From: a virus | Taxonomy: Duplodnaviria > Caudoviricetes | Strand: one strand, 5' to 3' | Virus record (IMG/VR): IMGVR_UViG_3300021400_003144 | DNA: 64,000 nucleotides | Part shown: positions 37,690 to 48,230 of the stretch, piece after piece | Layout: every line of letters begins with the position of its first letter | How positions within the stretch are numbered: position 1 is the stretch's first letter | Notes under the pieces: generated by a model | What the model saw: only the letters and a program-made list of their open reading frames with translations | Database searches by the model: none | What the model was told of the DNA's origin: nothing | Translations under genes and position numbers: made by a program

Positions 37690-38607
37690 ATGAATACTTT
37701 CAATGAAAATATATTCAAAGATGGTCATTATGAATCATGGAATAATGGGTTGGGTAACAACTTTGAACAGAATGATGGCATTCATAAAGACTTAATGATA
37801 CAAAAGAATATAGAAACAGGCGGTGGATACCAAGCTACTGTCTCAGGTATGTATGGAGAGTTTACTATAGCTTCTATATTTAAGTCTTTACCTGATGAAT
37901 ATGCAGTATTAAATGATATATTACTTCAGACAGGCATTCAGTACAGAAAGTACACCATAGAAGAGTTTAAGAAGTACGGTGAAAGTCCTTGGGAATTATG
38001 TTTAAGAGACAGGCAGAATAAAAGATACTTACCTTTAAATAAAGGAATAGCTCTTAATAGATTGATAAATTATCCTGGTACAGTCTTATATGAAGCAGTA
38101 AAAAAGAGTAGCCAAATTGACCATGTAATAGTTAGTCCATATGGAATATACTTAGTAGAAACTAAGAACCACAAGGGGTTCATTTTTGGAGGCATGCAAA
38201 GTAAAGTATGGACTCAAGTATTAAATGGACAGGCTGGTGCAAGAGCCTATGGTGGGCATTCACATTATACATTTTTAAATCCGGTTGAGCAGAATAGACT
38301 TCATGTAATACATCTTAGTCAACAGTTAAAGCTAAGTCCAAGATTTATACTAGGAATGATAGTATTTACAAGTCCTGATGCTAACTTAGATAATGTAATG
38401 TGTGACTGTTGTTATACAATAAGTACATTTACAAATACTCTTATGAATCATGGTTGTGCTATATGGGATAGGAAAAGAGTGGAAAGTTTAATTAAAAGGA
38501 TTGAGAGTATAAACTCTAGTAGTTACAGCTTATCAAAAGAACATGTGACTTATGTAAAAGATATACAACATAGGGCTGAAGTAAATAGAGCACTAAGGAG
38601 AATGTAA
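37690..38607 (+). CDS. NERD (nuclease-related domain) protein
   Basis: GMYGE, VLNDILL, SQIDHVIVSPYGIYLVETKN, NPVEQN..H. Confidence 0.85.
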   Translation: MNTFNENIFKDGHYESWNNGLGNNFEQNDGIHKDLMIQKNIETGGGYQATVSGMYGEFTIASIFKSLPDEYAVLNDILLQTGIQYRKYTIEEFKKYGESPWELCLRDRQNKRYLPLNKGIALNRLINYPGTVLYEAVKKSSQIDHVIVSPYGIYLVETKNHKGFIFGGMQSKVWTQVLNGQAGARAYGGHSHYTFLNPVEQNRLHVIHLSQQLKLSPRFILGMIVFTSPDANLDNVMCDCCYTISTFTNTLMNHGCAIWDRKRVESLIKRIESINSSSYSLSKEHVTYVKDIQHRAEVNRALRRM

Positions 38608-39290
38608 TGAATGGCAATACACTAATGACAATAGCTAATGTAATATGTAATAATACAGGAATAGAAAATAATGAGCTTGTTATAAAGAGAAGTTCATTCA
38701 AGATAGATGGGCATGGAACATATAAAGTAAATCTAGGTACATTGGAAGCAAAAAAGTTGAGTTTAAAAATAGACTTGTATGATAACCAATATAATACATT
38801 TGTAATTATAAAGTGTGCAGCTATTGGATTAGAGGTCATAAGTAAAGCTGGATATGATACAAATAGTGCTAAGCAGCATGTACTGACTATATTAGAATTA
38901 AAAGCTATACTGTTAAGCTTATATACAGCTGTTAGGGTAGTAGAAGTTAGTAAGCTATTATATGAACGTTTTGGAAATTGCTTAGACTATTCAAAATATG
39001 TATTAAAAGCAATGAGTTTATATAAAATCAGAAAGTTAGATATGAGGTCTGTATTTTATAATGATAGACGTTTCTTGATAGCTAAAAAAGCAAGTGATAT
39101 TAAATTATACAGTGGAATGCTATGTGAAGCATTTGGAAACAAAAATAACTTTATGTCAAAAGGAGTTACACCTGAAGATAAAGTAGTTTGTGCATATATG
39201 ACTTTAACAGGGTCTAATAATTTTAAAAATGAGTTAGACAGGTTGCAGGAAATGTATAACTCAAATAAGTTCATGGATATGCTAGGGTAA
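38607..39290 (+). CDS. Hypothetical protein
   Basis: 227 aa, TAATG coupling. Confidence 0.6.
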   Translation: MNGNTLMTIANVICNNTGIENNELVIKRSSFKIDGHGTYKVNLGTLEAKKLSLKIDLYDNQYNTFVIIKCAAIGLEVISKAGYDTNSAKQHVLTILELKAILLSLYTAVRVVEVSKLLYERFGNCLDYSKYVLKAMSLYKIRKLDMRSVFYNDRRFLIAKKASDIKLYSGMLCEAFGNKNNFMSKGVTPEDKVVCAYMTLTGSNNFKNELDRLQEMYNSNKFMDMLG

Positions 39291-39309
39291 ATAAATAGGA
39301 GATTTAAAA

Positions 39310-39660
39310 ATGAAATACAATCTTACAGTTAAAATTACAGATGGAAGAAATAGCAAGACATTATATCTGCTAGCTGAGTTTGGAAAGAGTAACTCAGGTT
39401 ATGGAAATGATATGTACTTAGCTATTACTGGTAGGGAATATAGAGGTATAAAAACTACCTTTGAAAACGTGTATGATATAAGATATGATACATCCTTTAA
39501 TAGAAAGAAGCCAGAGCTTTATTTAGCAGGGTGGGTTTATAAATACTGGACAGGAGAGAATGGTTCTTGGAAAGTTCAGAAGTTAGCAATAGAAAATCTT
39601 AATCCAGTATCAGTAAAACCACAGAAAGCTAAATTAAAAGCAGATGTAACATTAATTTAA
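39310..39660 (+). CDS. Hypothetical protein
   Basis: 116 aa, AGGAG RBS. Confidence 0.65.
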   Translation: MKYNLTVKITDGRNSKTLYLLAEFGKSNSGYGNDMYLAITGREYRGIKTTFENVYDIRYDTSFNRKKPELYLAGWVYKYWTGENGSWKVQKLAIENLNPVSVKPQKAKLKADVTLI

Positions 39661-39689
39661 TTAGAGTGAACTAGGATTGGGTGTGAATT

Positions 39690-41954
39690 ATGTTATATTA
39701 TAAGAACAATACAGCTCTTGTAAGAGCTATGAAAGAGAATGATTTAGACGGAACAACATCTTCATATAAGCTTTATGCAAGCGGAAGAGAATCCAAATTT
39801 ATTGATTCAGTCAATAGAGATCAAATGTTATTTATACTGAAAACTAAAAGTTTCAATAGGGATGATCTTTTAAATTTATATGTTTCTAGTGAAATAAATA
39901 GAAAATGCAAGGTTGACATTGTGGATTATACACTTACGTCTGATAATAAGATATTCCCATCAGGTGAAAGAAAGATGGATGAATATAGGGAAGATAAATT
40001 GCATTTGTTCGATAGATTATTTACACCAGAAGAATATGAAATGGCTGTAAATGAAAGACTTGATACAGCTAATGGTAAGGAGGTTGAAAAGAATACAGAA
40101 GATAATAAGAATACAGAAGTTTATATAAGGAATTTTTTTGTAAAGCATAAAGATGATATAGCTAAAGCATTAAGTAGAAGTGCTAACACTGATATAAAAA
40201 TTGGTGAGTCTCGTAATATAACATTTAAGTCAAAAGAACCTAATATTTTAGGTGGGCATGAATATCCATTATGTACAGCTATTGCATGTGAAGATATAGT
40301 TGGTGGCAGTGGATATTGTAGCTGTAAAATGTATTTAACTGATGCTACAACTAATGCATATGGAGCTACTACTGTTACTGTTGAACTTAGGCCTTTTGCT
40401 ATAGAAACAAATAATTTTTCTATGCTATACAAGATTGCATGTAGTTCTACAGTATATGTAAAGGGAGTAGAAATAAAACTTAGCATAGGCAATAACAACA
40501 GAATAATTAATGCTGAGGTTAAAGGTTTAAACATTATTAAAGATTTAAGACAAAACAAGGATATATTTAGAAATACAGCCTTGTTCTATACAGGTAATAA
40601 AGTTGCAGCTTATGAATATAAGAATATAGCATTCAATTATGATTCTTATTCACTTGTAGATGAGAAAGACAATCATATGCAGAGGTTTAATTGTGGATTG
40701 ATTGGATGGAATGAGACTAATCGTATGTACAATAACCTAATGGTTGTAAGAGAGCTTAACACAGAAGAAGTTAAGGAAGCACTAGAATATTTTGAAGAGT
40801 GTATTAAGAATAATTGGGAAGTTCCAGAGGGTATATATTCAGCTATAAAGTATGGTATAGAGAACAAGAGGGATTACATTAAAGAAGCTTGTACAGCTAG
40901 CTATAAAACACCAGACCAGCTAGTAAATATCATGAATACAGTTAAGGTAGGACCTATTAATAACTACACTAACAAATCATTCTTTGATATTGCTTTAGGT
41001 AATAATGTTAAAGACATTAATTTCTTATATAACACTCTAAAGGATGGTATAAGAGGTCTTTCAGAAAGATATGAGAAACAAGTAGCTAAGAACTTAGGCT
41101 ATGTATATAGAGAGAATAACTCAGGGTTTATAGTTACATGGGTTAATAAAGAAAATAGTTCTCTTGTACATGAAGTATCAAGTAAGATTGATATAAATTT
41201 TGGAAATACAGTTAATAATAAAGCAAAGATAACTATTAATCTTGGTGATACACAGTTAGAAGTGAATGGAGATACATATTTAGTTTTAAATAATGAATCA
41301 TGTGCATCTAATATTAAGATGAAGCTGATGCTAAAGGTAAAGAGTATTGATACACTTAATGTATCAAATGGGGTTATAGATGCAAGATGCAGAAAACATT
41401 ATGAGTATCCAGATATTGCAGGTGATGATTCATCAGTATTTGAAATAATGAACATAGGGTCTGATTATCCTACAACTAAAGATATTAAGCTGTATTTAAG
41501 TGCTAAGTCAGAAAATAATTTCAATCATATACTTGAAAGAGCAGGATTAAGATGGACATATGACAGTTTTAAGCTAGGATTAAGGAAGTTTAATAATTTA
41601 TCAGAGCTATATGATGAACTGTGTAAAGCTTTTACTGATGATAGATACTATTTTGTAAAGTGCATATATGTAGAAAGTGATTCATCTAATAGAGAATATG
41701 ATGGCATGAAATTTGATCCAAAAGACAGTAAGTTAAAGAATCTTTACACTAAGGTGAATGAATACATAGTATTTTGTAAGCAGCATAATAACAGTGTTCC
41801 AGATTTCTTTACTAAGAACCTTGAGACATTTAAAAAGATAAGTGATGCAGTAGCTAGAGAGGAGAGTAATCCAGGTAGTTTTAACAAGAGAGTAGAGAGC
41901 AGTGCAAATGAACATGTAGGTTTATTTGGTACACTCAGAAGTCTTTTGAGATAA
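39690..41954 (+). CDS. Large hypothetical protein, paralog pair B
   Basis: MLYYKN, KVDIVDxTLTSDxKIFPSGERKM, EVPEGxYSAIKYGI, VKVGPINxYTNKSFF shared with 42065. Confidence 0.7.
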   Translation: MLYYKNNTALVRAMKENDLDGTTSSYKLYASGRESKFIDSVNRDQMLFILKTKSFNRDDLLNLYVSSEINRKCKVDIVDYTLTSDNKIFPSGERKMDEYREDKLHLFDRLFTPEEYEMAVNERLDTANGKEVEKNTEDNKNTEVYIRNFFVKHKDDIAKALSRSANTDIKIGESRNITFKSKEPNILGGHEYPLCTAIACEDIVGGSGYCSCKMYLTDATTNAYGATTVTVELRPFAIETNNFSMLYKIACSSTVYVKGVEIKLSIGNNNRIINAEVKGLNIIKDLRQNKDIFRNTALFYTGNKVAAYEYKNIAFNYDSYSLVDEKDNHMQRFNCGLIGWNETNRMYNNLMVVRELNTEEVKEALEYFEECIKNNWEVPEGIYSAIKYGIENKRDYIKEACTASYKTPDQLVNIMNTVKVGPINNYTNKSFFDIALGNNVKDINFLYNTLKDGIRGLSERYEKQVAKNLGYVYRENNSGFIVTWVNKENSSLVHEVSSKIDINFGNTVNNKAKITINLGDTQLEVNGDTYLVLNNESCASNIKMKLMLKVKSIDTLNVSNGVIDARCRKHYEYPDIAGDDSSVFEIMNIGSDYPTTKDIKLYLSAKSENNFNHILERAGLRWTYDSFKLGLRKFNNLSELYDELCKAFTDDRYYFVKCIYVESDSSNREYDGMKFDPKDSKLKNLYTKVNEYIVFCKQHNNSVPDFFTKNLETFKKISDAVAREESNPGSFNKRVESSANEHVGLFGTLRSLLR

Positions 41955-42064
41955 AGAGTTAAGAGTAACAGTTAAGAATTAAGAGCAACTTATATGTATA
42001 TAGGTTGCTCTTAAAATTTAATTAAAAGATAGTGTTGCAACTATATAATTTGTGAGGATATATA

Positions 42065-44377
42065 ATGTTATATTATAAGAACAGCATAGCTCTTTTGAGG
42101 GCTATAAAAAATGAAGATGAAAATGGTGATGTAACATATAATGTGTTTACATCAGGTAAAGATAGTAAGTTTATATGCACATTAAGCAGAGATGAAATGA
42201 AAGTAGCTCTTGAAAGAATGTCTCTTAATCATGCTAGAGGTTATAATACTGCTAATTTTCCAGAGTTACCAGTAGCTATGAAGGTGGACATTGTAGATTT
42301 CACTTTAACATCTGATGGTAAGATATTTCCATCAGGTGAAAGAAAGATGAACGAGTATAGAGAAGATAAGAGCAATCTTGCTGACAGGATATACTCTAAA
42401 GAACAATGGGATAAGCTTCAAGAGTCTAAAAGGAATAATTTAACAGGCAATAATACAGAAGTTAAATCAGAGCAAGTAAGGAACTTAGATATACTTTATA
42501 ATACTGAAGAAGCTAGTGCATTTTTAATTAAATACAAGGGTAATATAAATAATAAACTTTCATATGGTGAAGGTATCACTAAGGTTGAAGTTAAATTACC
42601 AATATATAAAATTGGTGGAAAAGTAAGTGCTGGAATAGTGAGTCCTAAGAATCGTAATAGAGCATTAATGACATCTATTTATTATGATGATGCAGCTCAT
42701 GATAAATGTGTTATTACATGTGAAATGCATATAAAAGATACAAAAATCATTGGAAATGACAAAGTGCATTTTGATATAGGTTTTGTACCTTATTTGATTG
42801 AAACTGACAACTATAATATGATTTATAGGTTTAATAGTAAGGAGTATGTTAAGAAGTTTCCACAGAGTACAGTAATGTCATTAGATATGGATGCTAGTGG
42901 ACAGGTAATTAAGGCTGAGATAGTTAATTTTGATTATCTCAAGAATTTAAATGATACACATAAAGAATATTTTAGCAATGTATGTGTTTCTGTATTATTT
43001 AAGGATGACACAGCAGAAAATGGTAAAGGTGCTGGGTGTAACATAATATCAATAAACTATTCATATGATGGGTTCAGAGTAGAGTACTTGGGTGATACAT
43101 ATAAGATTAAGATGAACTCTCTTGGGGCTAAGAATAGTCAGGGATTAGGTGAATCATTAGAAAGCAGATATTTTAATAACATTATAGTGGAGAGGGAGCT
43201 TAATGCTGATGAAGTAAATTATGTGCTACAGTATTTTGAAGAGTGTATAGATAAGCAGAGAGAAGTACCTGAGGGTCTATATTCAGCTATAAAGTATGGA
43301 ATTAAAAATCGTAGAGATTATATCAGAGAAGCATGTGAATTAAGTTATAGAAGTCCAAAAGATGTAATAGACTTAATGAATAGAGTTAAGGTTGGACCTA
43401 TTAATGCATATACTAATAAATCCTTCTTTACTGCTGATGCTACTGAAAAGATGAATGAAATCAAATATGTGTATGATTGTTTTATAGCACCATATAGTGA
43501 TACATTACAGAATGATATATTAGACATTTATAGATATAAGTTCTTTTATAAGAAGAATGAAAGTAGAGGAACATATGCTATTTCAGATATATCAGGTAGA
43601 GATGGCTGGAATGACATAGAATTTTGGATTGAGCCTAGATTTAGAGATGGTTTAAAAAGTAAATGGGCTATTAAAATCAAGTTTGGTAAAGATGTATATA
43701 CTGTAAATGGAGATGTAAGCATTGAAGCAAATACTACTTATATGACAAAACCATCAGTTATAGTGTATATGAAGCCTTATGAAATAGTTGCATCAGATAA
43801 AGATAAGGTGGTTTTTAGTAATAATGAAATGGGCAATGGTTATGATATTTGTCATATATCAACTAATGTTTCAACACCTGGAAAATTTGATGTAACTAGT
43901 AATAAACAAGAGAATTACAGATTACTGTTAGATGTAGCTAAGATTCTAAATGCAGGATACACTGCATCTCCAGTATATAAGTTAAAGACAAGCTATGATG
44001 GTTTGGGTGACCTTTATCATACACTTTGTCAGGCTTTAACTGATGAAAATTACAGGTTTGAGGATAATATAGAGATAAGAACTGGTGGACCTTTTGAAGA
44101 TTGTAAGTACTATTACTTTAATCAAGGTGAAGATTACTTATCTGACTTATATAATAAAGCCAGTGAATATGTAAACTTCTGTAGAGCAAATAAGAAACAT
44201 GTACCTATATTCTTATTAGAAAATGCATCTGTATTTAAGAGAGTAAGTGAAATCATAGAGAAAGAGAATAAAGGCATGGCTGAGTCAGAAGAGTATCTTA
44301 AAGAAAAGAAAAAGAAAGAGAAGGAGAAGGAGTCTTTCTTTGGAATATTTAGTACCATTAAAAATATAATGAGATAG
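42065..44377 (+). CDS. Large hypothetical protein, paralog pair B
   Basis: Tandem paralog of 39690. Confidence 0.7.
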   Translation: MLYYKNSIALLRAIKNEDENGDVTYNVFTSGKDSKFICTLSRDEMKVALERMSLNHARGYNTANFPELPVAMKVDIVDFTLTSDGKIFPSGERKMNEYREDKSNLADRIYSKEQWDKLQESKRNNLTGNNTEVKSEQVRNLDILYNTEEASAFLIKYKGNINNKLSYGEGITKVEVKLPIYKIGGKVSAGIVSPKNRNRALMTSIYYDDAAHDKCVITCEMHIKDTKIIGNDKVHFDIGFVPYLIETDNYNMIYRFNSKEYVKKFPQSTVMSLDMDASGQVIKAEIVNFDYLKNLNDTHKEYFSNVCVSVLFKDDTAENGKGAGCNIISINYSYDGFRVEYLGDTYKIKMNSLGAKNSQGLGESLESRYFNNIIVERELNADEVNYVLQYFEECIDKQREVPEGLYSAIKYGIKNRRDYIREACELSYRSPKDVIDLMNRVKVGPINAYTNKSFFTADATEKMNEIKYVYDCFIAPYSDTLQNDILDIYRYKFFYKKNESRGTYAISDISGRDGWNDIEFWIEPRFRDGLKSKWAIKIKFGKDVYTVNGDVSIEANTTYMTKPSVIVYMKPYEIVASDKDKVVFSNNEMGNGYDICHISTNVSTPGKFDVTSNKQENYRLLLDVAKILNAGYTASPVYKLKTSYDGLGDLYHTLCQALTDENYRFEDNIEIRTGGPFEDCKYYYFNQGEDYLSDLYNKASEYVNFCRANKKHVPIFLLENASVFKRVSEIIEKENKGMAESEEYLKEKKKKEKEKESFFGIFSTIKNIMR

Positions 44378-44457
44378 CATTAAAAGGTATAAAAGCAACT
44401 CAAGGTTTATTGGGTTGTTTTTAATTTTGAAAAATAAAATATTTTTTAAAATATTTG

Positions 44458-44511
44458 TTGACGAAAGTAAAATTATATGATATTATATATTTGTGAGTGA
44501 GAGATAAGAAA
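44458..44511 (+). promoter_or_regulatory. Conserved promoter/leader block copy 3
   Basis: TTGACG-17-TATTAT plus identical 37-nt block. Confidence 0.8.
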
Positions 44512-44558
44512 GTTTAAATAAATATCTCTTAACAAAATTATTTTGGAGGATTATAACT

Positions 44559-44687
44559 ATGACAAAGACAGAAAAGGTTAACGTACTTAAGGCAAGACAG
44601 GCAAAGCTTATGCACTCAGAGAAGAACTTTAAGTGTCCTGGTGTGCTTAGAAAGGTAGCTCGTCAGATTAGAAATCTGGAGAAGTAA
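44559..44687 (+). CDS. Small basic protein (42 aa) not in ORF track
   Basis: GGAGGA RBS; MTKTEKVNVLKARQAKLMHSEKNFKCPGVLRKVARQIRNLEK*. Confidence 0.75.
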   Translation: MTKTEKVNVLKARQAKLMHSEKNFKCPGVLRKVARQIRNLEK

Positions 44688-44726
44688 TGGCATAAGAAAA
44701 TAAGCAATAGCATAAAGGAGATAAGT

Positions 44727-45158
44727 ATGACACATAGTGAATTTGTTACAAAGGCTGATGCTGTATGCAAGGAACTCAGTGCAGAAAGAATCAATGAGAT
44801 GCTTGAGTTGATGTTTAAGGATTCATTGTTTTGGAATCTTGTGAAAGATTTTGAAGGCGTTGAGTATTTCAATAAACCTTATGTAGGAGTCAGATTTGGT
44901 GCGAATCCAGAACCACTGGATTTTGATTTTGGTCTACTTGGTGTGTTTGAGATTAACTGTGAGGAACATACTGTACAGTTTAGTGTTGAGAGAGACAATA
45001 CTTGCTACATTATAACTGTAAAGGATATAACTGATGCAGCTATAAATGACCTGTATGACATCTATATGGCATACTTATCTGGTGCAAGAGAGGATCAACT
45101 CAAGGCAATGTGTGATGGAAAGTATGACCTTATAAAGGGTGATAAAAAAGTTGCATAA
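44727..45158 (+). CDS. Hypothetical protein
   Basis: 143 aa, AAGGAG RBS. Confidence 0.7.
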   Translation: MTHSEFVTKADAVCKELSAERINEMLELMFKDSLFWNLVKDFEGVEYFNKPYVGVRFGANPEPLDFDFGLLGVFEINCEEHTVQFSVERDNTCYIITVKDITDAAINDLYDIYMAYLSGAREDQLKAMCDGKYDLIKGDKKVA

Positions 45159-45195
45159 AGGTTAAGATATGGGATACATAGTATCCCATATATAA

Positions 45196-45279
45196 GCTCC
45201 TATGGTGGAATTGGCAGACACGTTGGATTTAGGTTCCAATGCCTTAAATGGCGTGCAAGTTCGAGTCTTGTTAGGAGCA
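45196..45279 (+). tRNA. tRNA-Leu(TAG)
   Basis: gctccta/taggagc; ttgga-tttaggt-tccaa; variable arm. Confidence 0.9.
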
Positions 45280-45441
45280 TATATAGAAGTAATATAGCAT
45301 AGTCATTTAGGTTTTATACTAAGTGGCTATTTTTAATGTAAAAATTTGAAAATAACTATTGAAATTTGTATTAAATTGTGATAATATAAATATGAAATAA
45401 AATATTTGAGATACAAAGGATAATAGCAGGAGTTTATAGAT

Positions 45442-46416
45442 ATGGGAGCAAGGAGTGTTTTAGATGCAGATTATGTATCAAGTAATGAGCTTTTTGAAAA
45501 ATATAAAGCTGAGTTAAAGAAAAATAAGATAGTTGAGAAAGTTAAAAAGCCTATTGATGTAGCTAAGGGTAGCTATATTAATTTAGGGGTGTATCTACAG
45601 ATATGTGAATCTAGCCTATGTAAATATAGATTACCATTAGTATGTAAAAGCAGTAGCTTTGGAAAGATTAACATAGACTGTGGAATTTTTATTGATGAAT
45701 ATAGAAAATATAATTATGATTGTATGATATATTCTACAATGCTTAAGATAATGGGAGATGACCTATATAAATTCCTTAGTCTTAGAAATGGAAAGAGTGA
45801 GGAATACTGGTCTGAATACGTTAAGATTAAGACAGATACAAATAATAAGAGAATGGTATCTCTTATGAAGATTATTGATGCTATTAAAAATACAGGTAAT
45901 TTTGATTTAACATCAATGTCAAATACAGTTAGAAATTCATTTACTCTTATTGATGGAGCAGCAGACAGTAAGTATAGATATGTACTGAAAAGAAGAAATG
46001 TTGGGTTTACACTGTCTGAATATGTTGTACTATTTATAAATCTTAAACGAGCAGTTATGCTAAGAAAGATTGATGGTATCAAGGATATAACTAAATATAC
46101 TATTGAATATCCTGAGTTGAATAATATGAATAGAATGTGCAAGAGAGCTTTAATTGATTACTATGGAGATTTAAGTAAGAGACTTAAAGGATATTTAGGT
46201 ATATCTCGTGCAAAGTTCATTACTACTTTAAATAATAATATTGCACTGGATGTTAGAGGTAAGAAAATAAATGTCAAATTTAAAACAGATGAGGATCTAA
46301 AGAATGAGACATTAGCTTTTTCAGAAAAGCCTAAACATGATATAGTTTTACCTTTACATTCAGATTATATAAGTTCATCTGTGATAAGCATTCAAAAAGG
46401 AGGATTCAGTTTATGA
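45442..46416 (+). CDS. Hypothetical basic protein
   Basis: 324 aa, AGGAG RBS. Confidence 0.65.
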   Translation: MGARSVLDADYVSSNELFEKYKAELKKNKIVEKVKKPIDVAKGSYINLGVYLQICESSLCKYRLPLVCKSSSFGKINIDCGIFIDEYRKYNYDCMIYSTMLKIMGDDLYKFLSLRNGKSEEYWSEYVKIKTDTNNKRMVSLMKIIDAIKNTGNFDLTSMSNTVRNSFTLIDGAADSKYRYVLKRRNVGFTLSEYVVLFINLKRAVMLRKIDGIKDITKYTIEYPELNNMNRMCKRALIDYYGDLSKRLKGYLGISRAKFITTLNNNIALDVRGKKINVKFKTDEDLKNETLAFSEKPKHDIVLPLHSDYISSSVISIQKGGFSL

Positions 46417-46497
46417 ATTAAATGAAGTTTAGATAAGCAAGTTTAAGTATAAATGTATATTTTTAATATTTTAATATCTTAATGGAGGAGATTAAAA

Positions 46498-47355
46498 ATG
46501 AAACTTAAGAAAGCAGCGATTATGTTCGCAACATCAGTAGCAATTTGTGCTAGTTCAGTTGTTAGTTTTGCAGCTACAGATACAGCTATAGGCAGCGGAG
46601 CTGTTAATGGAACTGTTAATGGGGATGTAACTAATGACAATGTAGCTTATAATCTTATTACTAACTTTAGCAATAAGATGAAGCAGAATGGAAGTTTTAA
46701 GGTACATGAGTATATAAATACTTCCATAACTGTTACAGATGGAAGTACATCTGAGACAGATAGTTCAGACATCACTAAAATCACTAGTGTTAATGGTGAC
46801 AAGATGATGGGAACAATTAATGCTGTTAAATATGAGAATGGCATTAAGGGAGCAGATGAAACTGCTAACCTATATGCTTATAGGGATGGTGATAAGGTTA
46901 AGACTTTTGAGGTTACACCTACTGGAGAAGTAACTAGACTTGAGCAGGCTTATGCACCTCTTGCAGACATGTATTTCCCTATTAAGTTCCATGGAAATGA
47001 AACAGTTACTCTTGAGGGTAACGAGTATGTTGTCACTGGATTTTTAACAAAGGAAGATTATGGAAACTCAATTACCAGTGAGGTTACAGATGATCTTAGT
47101 ATGAGTGGTTTAGATGCTACAGAACTCATTGGAAATATTCCTTATGTTTGTAGGTTTAATGCTACTACAGGTGATTTAACATTAATGAAGATTGATATGT
47201 CTGGTGTACTGAATGGAATGACAGAGTTAATTAAGAGTTTAGGTGCTGAGGGTATTCCTGAGTTAGCAGGTTTTGGAATGTCTGGCACAATGACATACAC
47301 AAGTACAATTAGTGTTGAAGCTACTGATGTTGTAATACCTGAGAATTTAAAGTAA
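46498..47355 (+). CDS. Secreted protein (possibly related to 13192 lipoprotein)
   Basis: Signal peptide ending VSFA; GGAGGAG RBS. Confidence 0.7.
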   Translation: MKLKKAAIMFATSVAICASSVVSFAATDTAIGSGAVNGTVNGDVTNDNVAYNLITNFSNKMKQNGSFKVHEYINTSITVTDGSTSETDSSDITKITSVNGDKMMGTINAVKYENGIKGADETANLYAYRDGDKVKTFEVTPTGEVTRLEQAYAPLADMYFPIKFHGNETVTLEGNEYVVTGFLTKEDYGNSITSEVTDDLSMSGLDATELIGNIPYVCRFNATTGDLTLMKIDMSGVLNGMTELIKSLGAEGIPELAGFGMSGTMTYTSTISVEATDVVIPENLK

Positions 47356-47518
47356 GAGGTTATTTAAAAAGTGAATGAGCAGTACTTGGATATTTAATAA
47401 ATATTTAAGATTTAGGTATTGAAATTTCAAGAAAAAAGATATATAATAATGTATGTTAAATCCGCATAGAGAAATCTAGCGGATTTTTATTTTGAAGCAT
47501 AAAAAGGAGAAATTAACA

Positions 47519-48154
47519 ATGATTTTAAAGAAATTTATCAATGGAGTTGTGTTCATACCTATGCTGTGCCTGATGCTTGGCAGTAACGTTTACGCAGGGC
47601 AATCAAAGACAGTTGCTAAGGGTGTAGATGTTACTGAGTATGAAGTGGTAGAGGACATTAGAGAGACTCCAGCACTTGCATTATTATCTGATGAGGACAG
47701 AAAAGAACTTGAGGATGCTAAGAAAGATGAAGATGATGAGTTAATTGAGGAGCTTCAGATTGGAGATGAAGCTGATAAAGAAGATGAGAATACAGATGAA
47801 AATCAGGCTGTATCAAATGTAGATAGTATAGAGTCTAAATTAGGTAAGAGTTTAGGCGTGTTCCAGTTAACTGGATACTGTCCCTGTAGAAAGTGTAACG
47901 GAAATAATCCTCCAGTGACTAGAATGGGAACTCCATTAATTCCTGGACAGACAATAGCGGTAGATAGAAGAGTTATTCCACTTGGAACTTGGGTTTATTT
48001 GAATCTTCCTGGCCAGGGTTGGACAAAGTTTAGAGCTGAAGATACAGGAAGTGGTGTTAAGGGTAATCATATTGATGTACTTAGACCTACTCATGGTGAG
48101 TGCTTTAGTGCATTATGGAACTCAAAGGTTGAGGTTAGATTGGCATTAGCTTAA
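47519..48154 (+). CDS. 3D-domain peptidoglycan lytic protein
   Basis: Signal peptide; LTGYC, TIAVDRRVIPLG, AEDTG, HIDV. Confidence 0.85.
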   Translation: MILKKFINGVVFIPMLCLMLGSNVYAGQSKTVAKGVDVTEYEVVEDIRETPALALLSDEDRKELEDAKKDEDDELIEELQIGDEADKEDENTDENQAVSNVDSIESKLGKSLGVFQLTGYCPCRKCNGNNPPVTRMGTPLIPGQTIAVDRRVIPLGTWVYLNLPGQGWTKFRAEDTGSGVKGNHIDVLRPTHGECFSALWNSKVEVRLALA

Positions 48155-48230
48155 AAATTTAATATAAAAATTTAGAAAAAATAATCTATTATGTATTTAA
48201 GGGTATATAATAGATTATTTTTATGTTTTT

